Shown in pieces: positions 38,296 through 48,307 of a stretch of DNA of 51,931 nucleotides. The stretch is from NCBI GenBank assembly GCA_040905565.1, contig JBBDRF010000018.1, positions 1 through 51,931 of the forward strand, in the 5' to 3' direction. Made by a program: the position numbers and the translations under genes. Numbering within the stretch: position 1 is the stretch's first letter; each line of letters begins with the position of its first letter. This DNA is from Phycisphaeraceae bacterium. GTDB lineage: Bacteria > Planctomycetota > Phycisphaerae > Phycisphaerales > Zrk34. The notes beneath the pieces were generated by a model that made no database searches, had not been told where the DNA came from, and saw nothing but the letters and a program-made list of their open reading frames with translations.

Positions 38296-40548
38296 TCAGC
38301 GGGTGATGCTGTCGATGACGTTCGAGGTCGGCAGGTTCAAAGCGCCGTGGGCCTCGGCGGCCGCATCGGCCAAGTTGCCGGGCGAGGCTTCGTTCACCAT
38401 CGCGACCAGTTCACGCAGCTGTACAGGGCTGAGGTGGTTGCCATGCATGCGGGCACTGGTGGCGAGGGCGTTGAGGAATCGGACCTGCATGTCCTCGCCA
38501 CGCTCGTCGGAAATCGCACGGGTCGCGATGGCCTGCTGAATCCGCTCACCGTCGAAACGGGCGAGCGAGTCGGCTGCGGTGAGGGCGATGATCTCACGAC
38601 TGTCATCGAGGGCGGCGAGCAGTGCGGCGCGAGCGTCGTCAGCATCGAACGCGGGGTTCGAGCCGATCTTCACTTCGTGCAGCAGTGCGAGAGCGTGAGA
38701 GGCGTAAGCTTCCGCTTCGTCGGCGGACAGCGTGGAGCCGATGATCGACCCGACGGCCTCTCGAATGGCCGAAGCCAGTTCCTCGGGCTCCGACTCGCCA
38801 TCAACGACGATCACATGATCCTCATCCTCGAATGAACGGCGGAGGCTGACGTCTTCGCCGGCATGGGCGAGGACGACGATGGGAGCACCCATCATCTTGT
38901 AGTTGTGACGCACGTTGGCGACGGCGGACTCGGCCTGCGCGAACGGGCTGTTGATGACGACGAGATCGACGCCGGGTGCCTCGGAAACCTGGGCGGCGAC
39001 GACGTCAACCGAGTCAGCGCGAAGCGTGCGGAACTCACCGGCGTCGGCGAGGACCTGCGAAGCGTTGTTGATGGCCTCGTTGTCGGGGCCGAGCACGACG
39101 GCGTAAAGCTCACCAGCCTCACGAACGGCTTCGGCGAGCACCGGAATCACACGCTGGCCGCCCTCGAAGGATTCGGAGGGGCGGGCGGTGGCGATGGCGA
39201 TGGCTGCGTCGAAACGCACACGGCGGTCGGGGTAGTTCAGGGCGGCGAGCAGGGGCTGAATCCGACCGTCGAGGTTCAACAGCGAATCGGCGGTGGCGGT
39301 CGAGTCGAGTGCTGCGATGGCGTCGAGCGCCAGCTGAGCGTCGCGATCACGCAGGGCCCGCTGAAGGACCGGCTGAAGGTGCCGAGGCCCGGCGAGGGTG
39401 GCGTAGTAGTGCGGGCTACGCATTTCGTTGCCGTAGCTGGGGTCGTCCTCGCCGTCGGGGAGGTTGTTCTCACGCCGGAAGTTGGCGGAAACCCAAAGGC
39501 TGAGGGCTGCGGAGATGTTGGGGTTGAGCTGCAGGGCCCGACGGGCGGTCCGCATCGCCATGGCGTCGTGGAACACGGGCGTGGGAATCTGCTTGAAGAC
39601 CAGCCCGGTGTCGGGGGCATAAACCCACATGAGGTTGTAGGACTCGTTGGGCTGCAGGATCAGGCTGCCGCGCTGGGCGTAAAAATCCTCAGCGAGCCTG
39701 AGGAACAGGTCGGCTGCGGTGGCGCGACGGGGCGTGCTGGTCTCTTCGACGATGCTGTCGAACGCCCGCTGCATGACACGGCGGGTATCGGCGTCGGCAT
39801 CTTCGCGGTCGATCTCGGCCTTGAGGTAAGGCAGCGCCATCGGGTAGCCGATGCGGCCGAGCACTTCGGCGACGGACCGACGGGGCGCGGGGGCGAGAGC
39901 GGGGAGTGCTTCGGCGAGGGGGGCGACGATCGGGCGGCCGACCTCCACCATCGCATCGATCACGTAAGGCGCAAGCTCGCGGTCGCGGCTACCGTCGCCG
40001 GTGATGATCTCCAGAAGCTGCGGCGCGCTGTACTCGCCGGCCCGGCGGAGCTGCTGCTGAGCCGAGAGACGATGACGCAGACCGCGGTCGAGCCGATCAA
40101 TGGCCCCACGGATGCGGTCGCCCTGACGAGCGAGGCCAAGCCTGGCGCCGCCGACGAGCTCGAGCATCTGCGCGGCGACCTGTCCGGGCTCACCCGCGAG
40201 TTCGGTCGCCTGCCTGAGCGTGCGATCGTAATCTTCGTAGGGGGAAAGCTCTTCGACAACGCGCAGCAGATCGCTGTGGTTGAGGTCGAGGGCCATGAGG
40301 GCGTTGCCGGCCCCGACGGCGAGGTCGTGCTGGGCGACGCGGTAATAATGGATGAGATCTTCCCAGAGCGCGAGTGCTTCTTCGAGCTCCGAGTCCGAGC
40401 GTGCGGCCTCGGGGGGATCCGGCAAGGGCTGCTGAGCACGACCCGGAGGCGATGCTGCATCCCGCGGCTGTGCCCAGGCGGCTGCCGGAGCTAGGGTTAT
40501 GAGGCTGACAATCGCCAGAGCGGCGCCGATGAACATGGAACGCGACAT
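38296..40548 (-). CDS. Exported HEAT-repeat protein with an internal receiver-like domain
   Basis: Signal peptide (AAAWA-Q), HEAT-like repeats (AEVLGRIG; YPDRRVRFDAAIAI) and an alpha/beta CheY-like segment; GGAGG SD. Confidence 0.75.
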   Translation of the reverse strand: MSRSMFIGAALAIVSLITLAPAAAWAQPRDAASPPGRAQQPLPDPPEAARSDSELEEALALWEDLIHYYRVAQHDLAVGAGNALMALDLNHSDLLRVVEELSPYEDYDRTLRQATELAGEPGQVAAQMLELVGGARLGLARQGDRIRGAIDRLDRGLRHRLSAQQQLRRAGEYSAPQLLEIITGDGSRDRELAPYVIDAMVEVGRPIVAPLAEALPALAPAPRRSVAEVLGRIGYPMALPYLKAEIDREDADADTRRVMQRAFDSIVEETSTPRRATAADLFLRLAEDFYAQRGSLILQPNESYNLMWVYAPDTGLVFKQIPTPVFHDAMAMRTARRALQLNPNISAALSLWVSANFRRENNLPDGEDDPSYGNEMRSPHYYATLAGPRHLQPVLQRALRDRDAQLALDAIAALDSTATADSLLNLDGRIQPLLAALNYPDRRVRFDAAIAIATARPSESFEGGQRVIPVLAEAVREAGELYAVVLGPDNEAINNASQVLADAGEFRTLRADSVDVVAAQVSEAPGVDLVVINSPFAQAESAVANVRHNYKMMGAPIVVLAHAGEDVSLRRSFEDEDHVIVVDGESEPEELASAIREAVGSIIGSTLSADEAEAYASHALALLHEVKIGSNPAFDADDARAALLAALDDSREIIALTAADSLARFDGERIQQAIATRAISDERGEDMQVRFLNALATSARMHGNHLSPVQLRELVAMVNEASPGNLADAAAEAHGALNLPTSNVIDSITR

Positions 40549-40777
40549 AGATTCCTCCGCTGGGAGGCTGAGATGAAATCCAGGCGAACTTGCCTCGGCG
40601 ACGGCGCAGGCCTCGGTACCAAAGACACAGAGGCGATGAAGCCGACCGCTCGCCCAACAAACCCAATCGCAAACAAGCTAACTGCGTTGGGCCGGGGTGT
40701 CAACGGATGTTGCGCCGACAGACGAAGATTTGTTCATCGCCAGGGGTCGGGAGGTGCGGCGATTGTTGGGCGCTGCG

Positions 40778-41881
40778 CTACTTTTGGGGCTTATTTGACG
40801 TGCATCGGATGCCGCGGCCGGGGACCGCGAGCGTGATGGTTGTGCCCTGATTCGGTGCGGATTGGACCGTCATTTTGCCGCCGAGATAGCGCAGGCGTTG
40901 GCGAATGGCCCGCAGCCCGGTGCCTGATTCGGGATGCTCGCTGAGCAGGCGTTGTGGATCGGTGCCGGTGCCGTTGTCTGCGACGGTGAGGGTGATGCGT
41001 GAGGATTCGCAGGTGACGTTGACGGTGTGCCTTGTGGGGCTGGCGTGTTTGACGGCATTCAACAGCAGTTCGCGGACGACGTGATAGAGGAACACGCCGT
41101 GCGTCTCGGGCAGGTCAAATTCCGGCGGATTGAGCGTGAGATCGACCGGTATCTTGTAGAGCTGCGTGTGCTGAGCGGCGAGCTGTCTGAGGGCCTGGGC
41201 GAGGCCGGTTTCCTCGAGCGCGAGCGGGCGGATCTGCGAACTGAGTGAGCGGGTGGCCGTGACTGCTTCGTCGAGATACTTACGGGCATTGTTGATCTGA
41301 TGCACGATTCCCGGGTCAAGGTTCTGCAGCGTGCCTGAAGACAATGCCATGCGTGCGGCGACGAGCAGTTGCTGAAGATGGTCGTGAAGTTGGCTGGCGA
41401 GTCGGCGTCGTTCGTCTTGCTCGATTTTGGTCATCTGTTCGACGAGCCGTTCGAGCCGCTTCAGCAGGCGACGCTCGACGAGCTTGCGGCGGGTGAGATC
41501 GATGTGGGCGATGGCAAGAAGCGGAGGATCGGACTGGATCGACGTGACCTGCATGGTGTACCAGCGGTGACGGGACGGGCTGTGGCAGGGATAGTCCAGT
41601 TCGAAGCGGTTGAGTTCGCCGGTTAAGACCGAGCGGATACCTCGGAGTGCGCGCTTGGCTGAGCGGTGTTCGGTATCGGCTTCGCAAACTTTGAAATAGT
41701 TGGCGCCGACACCGACGCGTGCCATGTCGACGGGGCCGTTTTCTTCGGCGAATCGCATCCAGGCGCGGTTCACCGCCATGATCAGCCCAGTTGCGTCCAC
41801 CACGGCGACATGCGGCCCCAGCGCGTCGACAACTTTGCCGAAGAGGCTATCAGGCACGACATGCTCGCCGGCAATGTGCAT
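40778..41881 (-). CDS. Cytoplasmic PAS histidine kinase (HisKA_3/NarX-like)
   Basis: PAS (VNRAW..GANY..YPCHSP), LHDHLQQLL, ELLLNAVKHA, DNGTG and GTGL; start uncertain. Confidence 0.88.
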   Translation of the reverse strand: MHIAGEHVVPDSLFGKVVDALGPHVAVVDATGLIMAVNRAWMRFAEENGPVDMARVGVGANYFKVCEADTEHRSAKRALRGIRSVLTGELNRFELDYPCHSPSRHRWYTMQVTSIQSDPPLLAIAHIDLTRRKLVERRLLKRLERLVEQMTKIEQDERRRLASQLHDHLQQLLVAARMALSSGTLQNLDPGIVHQINNARKYLDEAVTATRSLSSQIRPLALEETGLAQALRQLAAQHTQLYKIPVDLTLNPPEFDLPETHGVFLYHVVRELLLNAVKHASPTRHTVNVTCESSRITLTVADNGTGTDPQRLLSEHPESGTGLRAIRQRLRYLGGKMTVQSAPNQGTTITLAVPGRGIRCTSNKPQK

Positions 41882-42031
41882 AAGGGATCGTAGCCCTCTT
41901 CTGAAGGCTTGCCCTGTGGGGTAGCACACGACGCCCACGTGAGTCCGCTGTCTCCCCACATGAGCGAAAGCGGCCCCGATCCGGGCGTGAGGACCTTCTG
42001 AGACGGCGACCTCTTGCGACGCGTTCGAGCG

Positions 42032-42325
42032 TCAGGGCGACACGTCGGCGGCGAGGAGCGGGCCGGTCAGGCCTGTCGGCATGCCCAGTGGCTGGGCGGT
42101 TGTTGCGATGAGGCGGGTGCGCTGCCGCTGCTCGGTCCGCTCTGGGTGGACCACAAAGACCATGAAGCCCAGTGCATCGGCGGCGCCAAACCTCGGGGTG
42201 TCATAGATGACCACCTCGCGTCGGTGGGTGTTTTCCGGGCTGCTCTGGCACCCTGCTGTCGCTGCGAATGCGGCGGCCGATGCGAGAACGATCGCGCCGG
42301 CGCGTACGCCTATCCGTTTAAACAT
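42032..42325 (-). CDS. Small putative lipoprotein
   Basis: GGGAG SD; signal peptide with ATAG-C lipobox. Confidence 0.5.
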   Translation of the reverse strand: MFKRIGVRAGAIVLASAAAFAATAGCQSSPENTHRREVVIYDTPRFGAADALGFMVFVVHPERTEQRQRTRLIATTAQPLGMPTGLTGPLLAADVSP

Positions 42326-42518
42326 GGTTTCTCCCCCCGTTGTTGAGCGGCCTGAGCCGCCGGTTTTCTCCTGTCCGCAGCGTAGTTTGATGGCCGAGCA
42401 GCGTGCACCGGTTTAATGCCGTGCGTGGGGACCATGGCGATGACCCGACGCGGATGCGGCAATTTACCGGGTCAACTGACCGGGAAAAGACGGCGACGAT
42501 GCGGGAGGCCTGGCGCGG

Positions 42519-43649
42519 TCAGGTCGGGCGTGCCTGCTGCGCATCTTTTGCATCGCCGGAAGTGGAGGCGGAGGCAGGCGCGGGGGCAGCGGCGGAGACT
42601 TTATCGCTTTCGCCATCGCACTCGGGGAGAGGCTTCGCTGTGGGACGGTTGCTAAAAATTTGGGCAGGTCCCAGCAGCACGAATCTGCTGCCGCCGGCTT
42701 TGCCCGGTGCGATCTGCATGCAGCCGCCGATGGCGTGCAGGCGTTCTTCGATACTGAGCAGCCCAAGGCCCGGCTTGTAGTTGGGCTTGATGCCGACGCC
42801 ACCATCTTCCACGACGATGGAGATCATCCCGTTCTCCCGCCACAGCCGCACGTTGGCGCGGTCGGTCTTCGCGTGCTTGGCGACATTGAACAGCAGTTCA
42901 CGAACGGCCTGGTAGAGCACAACGCGTGTGGCTTCGTCTGCGTCGTCCGCCTCGGAATCGGCGTCGACCTTCACGTTCAGATTGTAGCGCTGAAGCACCT
43001 GCGGCACGAGCGCATGCAACGCGGCGACGAGCCCATCGCTGTAAAGAACGCTGGGGCTGAGTTCCACCGTCAGCGTGCGGGTGTAGGTGATGGCTTCGTT
43101 GAGAAGTGCGTCGACATCAGCCGCAGCGGCGCGTGCCGGCTCAGGCTGACCGTCTCGCTTGAGGCGACCGATTTTCAAACGTGCGGCGACCAGCAACTGC
43201 TGAAGATGATCGTGCAGCGCCCGGGCGATGGCGCGGCGCTGACGATCCTCAGCGAAAGTCAACTCGCTGCCCATCCAGCGGAGCCGTCTTACCGTCGCCT
43301 CCAGTTCGCGCATCGCCTTCAGACGGGCCGCGCTCAAGGCGCTGATCAGAACGCCGGTGACGAGAAAGATCAGCAGTTTCACCAGGAAGAACGCCTGATT
43401 GCCGTAGCCGAACGACCACCGCGGCGAGAGGAAGAAGTACGTTCCCAGCACGACGCCAGCTGCGGTCGCCACCATCCCGGGAAGAAATCCGCCGTACCAC
43501 GCACCGGCCGCCACCGCGATGAGATAGAGGGTGAAAGGGGAAGCGTCGTCCAGGTACGGATCCAGCAGCAGGCGAAGAAAACTGGCGATAAGCAATCCAA
43601 CCAGAACAACGATAAAGCTGACAATGCGATGCTTGTTTGGCGGGGTCAT
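42519..43649 (-). CDS. Membrane (DUF4118-like) HisKA_3 histidine kinase
   Basis: Four TMs (AWYGGFLPG), LHDHLQQLL, ELLFNVAKHA, DGGVG and GLGL. Confidence 0.88.
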   Translation of the reverse strand: MTPPNKHRIVSFIVVLVGLLIASFLRLLLDPYLDDASPFTLYLIAVAAGAWYGGFLPGMVATAAGVVLGTYFFLSPRWSFGYGNQAFFLVKLLIFLVTGVLISALSAARLKAMRELEATVRRLRWMGSELTFAEDRQRRAIARALHDHLQQLLVAARLKIGRLKRDGQPEPARAAAADVDALLNEAITYTRTLTVELSPSVLYSDGLVAALHALVPQVLQRYNLNVKVDADSEADDADEATRVVLYQAVRELLFNVAKHAKTDRANVRLWRENGMISIVVEDGGVGIKPNYKPGLGLLSIEERLHAIGGCMQIAPGKAGGSRFVLLGPAQIFSNRPTAKPLPECDGESDKVSAAAPAPASASTSGDAKDAQQARPT

Positions 43650-43910
43650 GGGTCGTCCGTGCAATCGGGGCGATCGATGTTGTCCAGGTGGGGCCGGAGG
43701 GCCCGCGTCTTAAGCTGATATTAGGCCCCGTCCCGATAGCAGGATGCTCCAAACACACCGCCGACGGGCGCGGCATCCCGTGCCCAGCAGCGACAAAAAC
43801 GGACCCTCGCCGCGCGGAAGTGAACAATCGTTTAGAAGCTGATGCTGGACCGCCCTTAAACGGTTGGCCTTCGAAGGCAGTGCCGCGCACCGCGGGGTAG
43901 AATGTCAAAG

Positions 43911-44747
43911 ATGGCGGCAAAAAAAATTTTTCAGTCTTTCCCGGCCGCCGCGACATCGGTGGGCATCGTGCCGTTGGACGCTGCAGTGGCGACACTTGAA
44001 CGGGCGCAGCAACTGGCGGCACAGCTACAACTGCCGCTGGTGAAGGACGCCGGCGAAGTCGACGTGGTGCTGGCGGTGCGGGAGGACCGCCTTGAACTGC
44101 AAGCAGGCGGGGAGACGGCAAGCTCCAACAGCCCCGGGGCGGTCTACTGCGACTTCGTGACGGGCGCATTCGGCCACCGGATGCGAAGCGGGCAGGTCGG
44201 CGGCGAAATGCTGATCAAGGCGGTGCGCGGCCGCAAGGCGGGACGTGGAGCATCCGGTGCGCTGCGGGTGGTCGATGCCACGGCCGGGCTGGGCCGCGAT
44301 GCGATGCTGCTGGGCCTGGCGGGATTCGAGGTCACCGCCTTGGAGCGATCCCCAATCATCGCGGCGGTGCTGAGCGACGGGCTGCAACGGGCGCGCGAAG
44401 CCGGGGGCCGAGCCGCGGAAGCGGCGGAGCGTGTTGAGTTGATCAACGCCGACGCTGCGGCATGGCTCGCCGCGTTGCCCGAGGTCGATCGCCCTGACGT
44501 GATCACGCTGGACCCGATGTTCCCCGAGCGGTCCAAAAGCGCGCTGGTGAAGAAGGAGATGCGACTTTGCCGAATGGTCAGCGGCGGCGACGCCGACGCA
44601 GCGGCTCTGCTTGATGTGGCCCGGCAGGTCGCGCGTGGACGGGTCGTGGTGAAACGTCCCGCCCACGCCGAGCCACTGGGCCATCAGTCGCCCACCGTCA
44701 GCCAGAAGGGCCGAAGCGTGCGGTACGACATCTACGCAAAAAGCTGA
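43911..44747 (+). CDS. rsmJ: 16S rRNA m2G1516 methyltransferase (RsmJ/YhiQ-like)
   Basis: VDATAGLGRDA, ERSP, LDPMFP..KSALVKKEM, VVVKRP and RYDIY. Confidence 0.88.
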   Translation: MAAKKIFQSFPAAATSVGIVPLDAAVATLERAQQLAAQLQLPLVKDAGEVDVVLAVREDRLELQAGGETASSNSPGAVYCDFVTGAFGHRMRSGQVGGEMLIKAVRGRKAGRGASGALRVVDATAGLGRDAMLLGLAGFEVTALERSPIIAAVLSDGLQRAREAGGRAAEAAERVELINADAAAWLAALPEVDRPDVITLDPMFPERSKSALVKKEMRLCRMVSGGDADAAALLDVARQVARGRVVVKRPAHAEPLGHQSPTVSQKGRSVRYDIYAKS

Positions 44748-44767
44748 GCGTGCGTCTGCACGCCCCT

Positions 44768-45439
44768 TCAATCGAGAGGGCGAATCTTGATGTTGCGGAA
44801 CTGAAGGCGCTGGCCGTAGTTTTGAAGCCCGACGTGTCCGATGCGGCGGGTGATGCCCTTGGATTCGTCAGCCTTGTCCAGATGATCATCCAGATTGACA
44901 TCGACGACCAGCTCGCCGTTGAGCGTGATGCGGGTGTGACCGTTGTTGAGATAGATGTTGATCGTCTGCCATTGGCCGGGCTGCTTGGTCACGCGTTCGG
45001 CGGGACCGGCAATGCCGTAGACCGCGCCGGTGTACTGCTAGTCCTCAAGCTCGGCGTGCTTCTCGGCGTAGTCATCAAGCAGTTGAATCTCCATGCCCTC
45101 GTAGGCAGGATTGCTGGTGATCGGTGCCCGAAGGAAGATGCCGCTGTTGCCGCCTTCGTAGATCTTGAAATCGACGCTCAGCTCATAGTTGCTGTACTGC
45201 TTTTCGGTGGCGATCCATGTCGCAGCGCCGTCACCGCGATCGGTGATATGAATCTCGCCGTCAACAACCTTCCAGTCCTCCATATGCCCCCCGACGGGTT
45301 GCCAACCGGTTAGGTCTTCACCGTTGAAAAGCGTTTGCCATTCGCCGGCGTGATTGTCAGCAAGCGAACGCGTGCCGGCGAAAACGGTGAGGGTGAACGT
45401 AAGCCCGAGGACGGCAAGCAGCAGCGTGCGTTTTTTCAT
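44768..45439 (-). pseudogene. DUF1080 (3-keto-disaccharide hydrolase-like) gene interrupted by an in-frame TAG at 45038-45040
   Basis: LFNGEDLTGW, NSGIF, EIQLLD, then ELED*QYTGAVYG...GQW...GHVGLQ...FRNIKIR in one frame. Confidence 0.85.
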
Positions 45440-45650
45440 GAGCAGGATCCTGAGTTCAAGGGATGTCGACGATCGTCACGATCTTAATATCAGCGTCTCC
45501 GATGCCGCAAGACATGCGCGGCAGGCACATCCTGGCGTGCAAGCCACCATGTCACCTAGCCCCGGCCGTCGACGTCTATCGGCGGTTCGGCTAAACTGGC
45601 CCGCCTTACGCCGATCGCATTCACGATGTATTCAGGAAGAGACGCACGCC

Positions 45651-47336
45651 ATGGATCTGCCCCAGATGAATCGCCACAGTCGCACGACCACCGCCGGCCC
45701 CGGCCGCGCCCCCAACCGCGCGATGCTCCGCGCCGTCGGCTTCGGTGATGAAGACTTTGAAAAGCCGATGATCGGCGTGGCGAACCTGCAGTCGGATATC
45801 ACCCCTTGCAACGTCCATCTCGATCGCCTCGTGCAGCGCAGCGTCGAAGGCATCTTCGCAGGCGGCGGCATCCCCCAACGCTTCGGGGCCCCCACCGCCA
45901 CCGACGGCATCATGATGGGCCATCAGGGGATGCGGTATTCGCTGGTCAGCCGCGAAGTCATCGCCGATTCCATCGAGTGCGTCTCCGGCGGTATGAATCA
46001 CGACGGCGTGCTGACCATCGGCGGGTGCGACAAGAACATGCCCGGCTGCGTGATGGGCATGGCCAGGCTGAACGTGCCGGGCATCTTCGTTTACGGCGGC
46101 TCGATCATGCCGGGCATCGGACCCGACGGCAAAGATGTTGACATCGTTTCCATCTTCGAAGCGGTGGGCCAGTATCAAGCCGGCACGCTGGATGAAAAGG
46201 GCGTGCATGCGGTGGAGTGTTCCTCCTGCCCGGGTGCCGGTTCGTGCGGCGGCATGTACACCGCCAACACGATGAGCAGCGCGATCGAAGCGATGGGCCT
46301 GAGCCTTCCCTACTCCGCCAGCTATCCCGCCGTCACTGCTGCGAAAGAAGCCGAGGCGTTCCTCGCCGGCAAGGCGCTGGTCAAGCTCATCGAAAAGAAC
46401 ATCACCGTCGGCGACCTGATCACACGTGAATCGCTGGAAAATGCGGTGACCGTGGTCATCGCGCTCGGCGGCTCGACCAATGCGGTGCTTCACCTGATGG
46501 CGATCGCCAACGAAGCGGGCGTGCCTTGGACGCTGGAAGATTTCGATCGGCTTGGTGAGAAAGTTCCGCACATCGCCGACCTCAAGCCCGGCGGCCGGTT
46601 CGTGATGTACGACCTCCACCGCGTGGGCGGCACCCCGGCCGTCATGCGGGCCCTGCTGGATAAGGGCATGCTGCACGGCGACTGCATGACCGTGACCGGC
46701 CGTACGCTTGCCGAAAATCTGGAGACCATCCCCAGCGTCTTCGCCAAGGAGCAGGTCGTCGTCAAACCCTTCGAGAACCCGATGAGCAAGAAGGGCCACC
46801 TGGCGATCCTGCACGGCAACCTTGCTCCCGAAGGTGCCGTGGCCAAGCTGGCCGGTCTGAAGACGCACAAAATCACGGGCCCCGCGAAGGTCTTCGACTG
46901 CGAGGAAGATTGCTTCGAAGCGATCCAGAACCGCAAGATCGAAGAAGGCGACGTGGTCGTCATCCGTGGCGAAGGCCCCGTTGGCGGGCCGGGCATGCGC
47001 GAGATGCTGGCCGTCACCGCGGCCCTCGTGGGGCAGGGGCTCGGCGACAAGATCGGGCTCATCACCGACGGTCGATTCTCCGGCGGCACACACGGCCTGG
47101 TCGTCGGCCATGTCTCGCCCGAAGCGTGGGTCGGCGGCAACATCGCCCTCATTCAGAGCGGCGACGAAGTCACCATCGACGGCGACGCGAAGAAGCTGCA
47201 CGTGAACCTGAGCGATGCTGAACTCGATGCCCGCCGGGCGAAATGGACCAAGCCGGAAATCCGCGTCAAGCGAGGCGTCCTCGCCAAATACGCCCGCACC
47301 GTCAGCTCCTCAAGCGACGGTGCCGTCACCAGCTGA
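45651..47336 (+). CDS. ilvD: Dihydroxy-acid dehydratase
   Basis: [37 protein letters not shown] and TDGRFSG; ATG 45651. Confidence 0.97.
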   Translation: MDLPQMNRHSRTTTAGPGRAPNRAMLRAVGFGDEDFEKPMIGVANLQSDITPCNVHLDRLVQRSVEGIFAGGGIPQRFGAPTATDGIMMGHQGMRYSLVSREVIADSIECVSGGMNHDGVLTIGGCDKNMPGCVMGMARLNVPGIFVYGGSIMPGIGPDGKDVDIVSIFEAVGQYQAGTLDEKGVHAVECSSCPGAGSCGGMYTANTMSSAIEAMGLSLPYSASYPAVTAAKEAEAFLAGKALVKLIEKNITVGDLITRESLENAVTVVIALGGSTNAVLHLMAIANEAGVPWTLEDFDRLGEKVPHIADLKPGGRFVMYDLHRVGGTPAVMRALLDKGMLHGDCMTVTGRTLAENLETIPSVFAKEQVVVKPFENPMSKKGHLAILHGNLAPEGAVAKLAGLKTHKITGPAKVFDCEEDCFEAIQNRKIEEGDVVVIRGEGPVGGPGMREMLAVTAALVGQGLGDKIGLITDGRFSGGTHGLVVGHVSPEAWVGGNIALIQSGDEVTIDGDAKKLHVNLSDAELDARRAKWTKPEIRVKRGVLAKYARTVSSSSDGAVTS

Positions 47337-47362
47337 CCCTCCACCGCTACGCCGATGCGCTC

Positions 47363-47541
47363 GACAACGAGCCGCGACCGTGAGGGAGCGGTTGTGTCCA
47401 AACCACGTGTCAACGCTGGCGGCTGGAACTGTGGGTAGTATCGAGTGCAGGCTTGTCCGCACCGGTCGCGAGCTTCGGATGCGTCGTCACGATTCCGCGT
47501 GCTCTCACACAACCGCTTACTCACGTGCGCGGCTCGTTGTC
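47363..47541. repeat. Family-A REP doublet (REPIN-like), uninterrupted
   Basis: GACAACGAGCCGCGACCGTGAGGGAGCGGTTGTG ... CACAACCGCTTACTCACGTGCGCGGCTCGTTGTC. Confidence 0.88.
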
Positions 47542-47562
47542 AGCGACTCTCGCGGGTTCTGA

Positions 47563-48303
47563 TCACGGTTCGTAGATCGAAAGCGATCCGTCTGATGCGG
47601 CGAGGTTACCGGCGGCTGCGCCGCCAACTTCACGGTAGGTCGGACCGTCGAGCGACTGCGAACTGACGCTGCCGTCGGCCATGAGCATCTGCGCCGACCC
47701 GCTGTGGCGAAAGTGTGCGTAGCCCGAGGCCTGGCTGGCGTTCGGACTGGGATAGATGTAGTGCCCTTCGTTGAAGCCGCTGCCGAAATCGAAGTGAATC
47801 GCATCGGCGAAGACAACGACCTGCCCCGCCCGGCCCGCCATCTGATGCAGACGCGCGGGCTTCGCATTGGGCGGACCGAGATTGAGGTTGTAGCCGTAGC
47901 TGGCGGCCCGTTCGGTGAACTTTGCGAAGAAGTCCGCATCGTCGTAAGGGAAATCGGGACATTGCAGGGCGTCGTCGGTTGACTGCAGGTACGGCGTGAG
48001 GATGCCGCGATGCTTATCAAGCGGCCGCCGTTCGCCTGTGCCGGCACCGCCAGCTTCGTGACCGAACCACCACTGCCGACCGTGCGCGTCGTCCTGAAAA
48101 TAAGGCCAGAATGAACCCTGGTGATCCTGCTGATACATGGCGGTGGCCAGCGCGAGTTGCCGAAGATTGCTGGCGCAGACGGCCCGCCGCCCCTGCCCCC
48201 GGGCGTACCCGAGGGCAGGGATCACGATCGCGAGCAGCGTGGCCAGGATCGCGGTGACGACGAGCAATTCGATGAGCGTGAAACCGTGGTGACGAGCTCT
48301 CAT
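47563..48303 (-). CDS. Prepilin-type cleavage/methylation protein with H-X9-DG motif
   Basis: HG-FTLIELLVV, CASNLRQL, SYGYN and HFRHSGSAQMLMADG; starts 4 nt after the upstream stop. Confidence 0.9.
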   Translation of the reverse strand: MRARHHGFTLIELLVVTAILATLLAIVIPALGYARGQGRRAVCASNLRQLALATAMYQQDHQGSFWPYFQDDAHGRQWWFGHEAGGAGTGERRPLDKHRGILTPYLQSTDDALQCPDFPYDDADFFAKFTERAASYGYNLNLGPPNAKPARLHQMAGRAGQVVVFADAIHFDFGSGFNEGHYIYPSPNASQASGYAHFRHSGSAQMLMADGSVSSQSLDGPTYREVGGAAAGNLAASDGSLSIYEP

Positions 48304-48307
48304 CGGC

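Noticed and set aside
43700..43900. ncRNA in the divergent kinase/rsmJ spacer (GCCTTCGAAGGC hairpin)
   Set aside because: Only short hairpins expected at this GC content, with no family consensus.
45038..45040. Genome-wide TAG reassignment or pyrrolysine
   Set aside because: Other genes end at TAG at plausible positions, there is only one internal TAG, and no pyl genes are visible.
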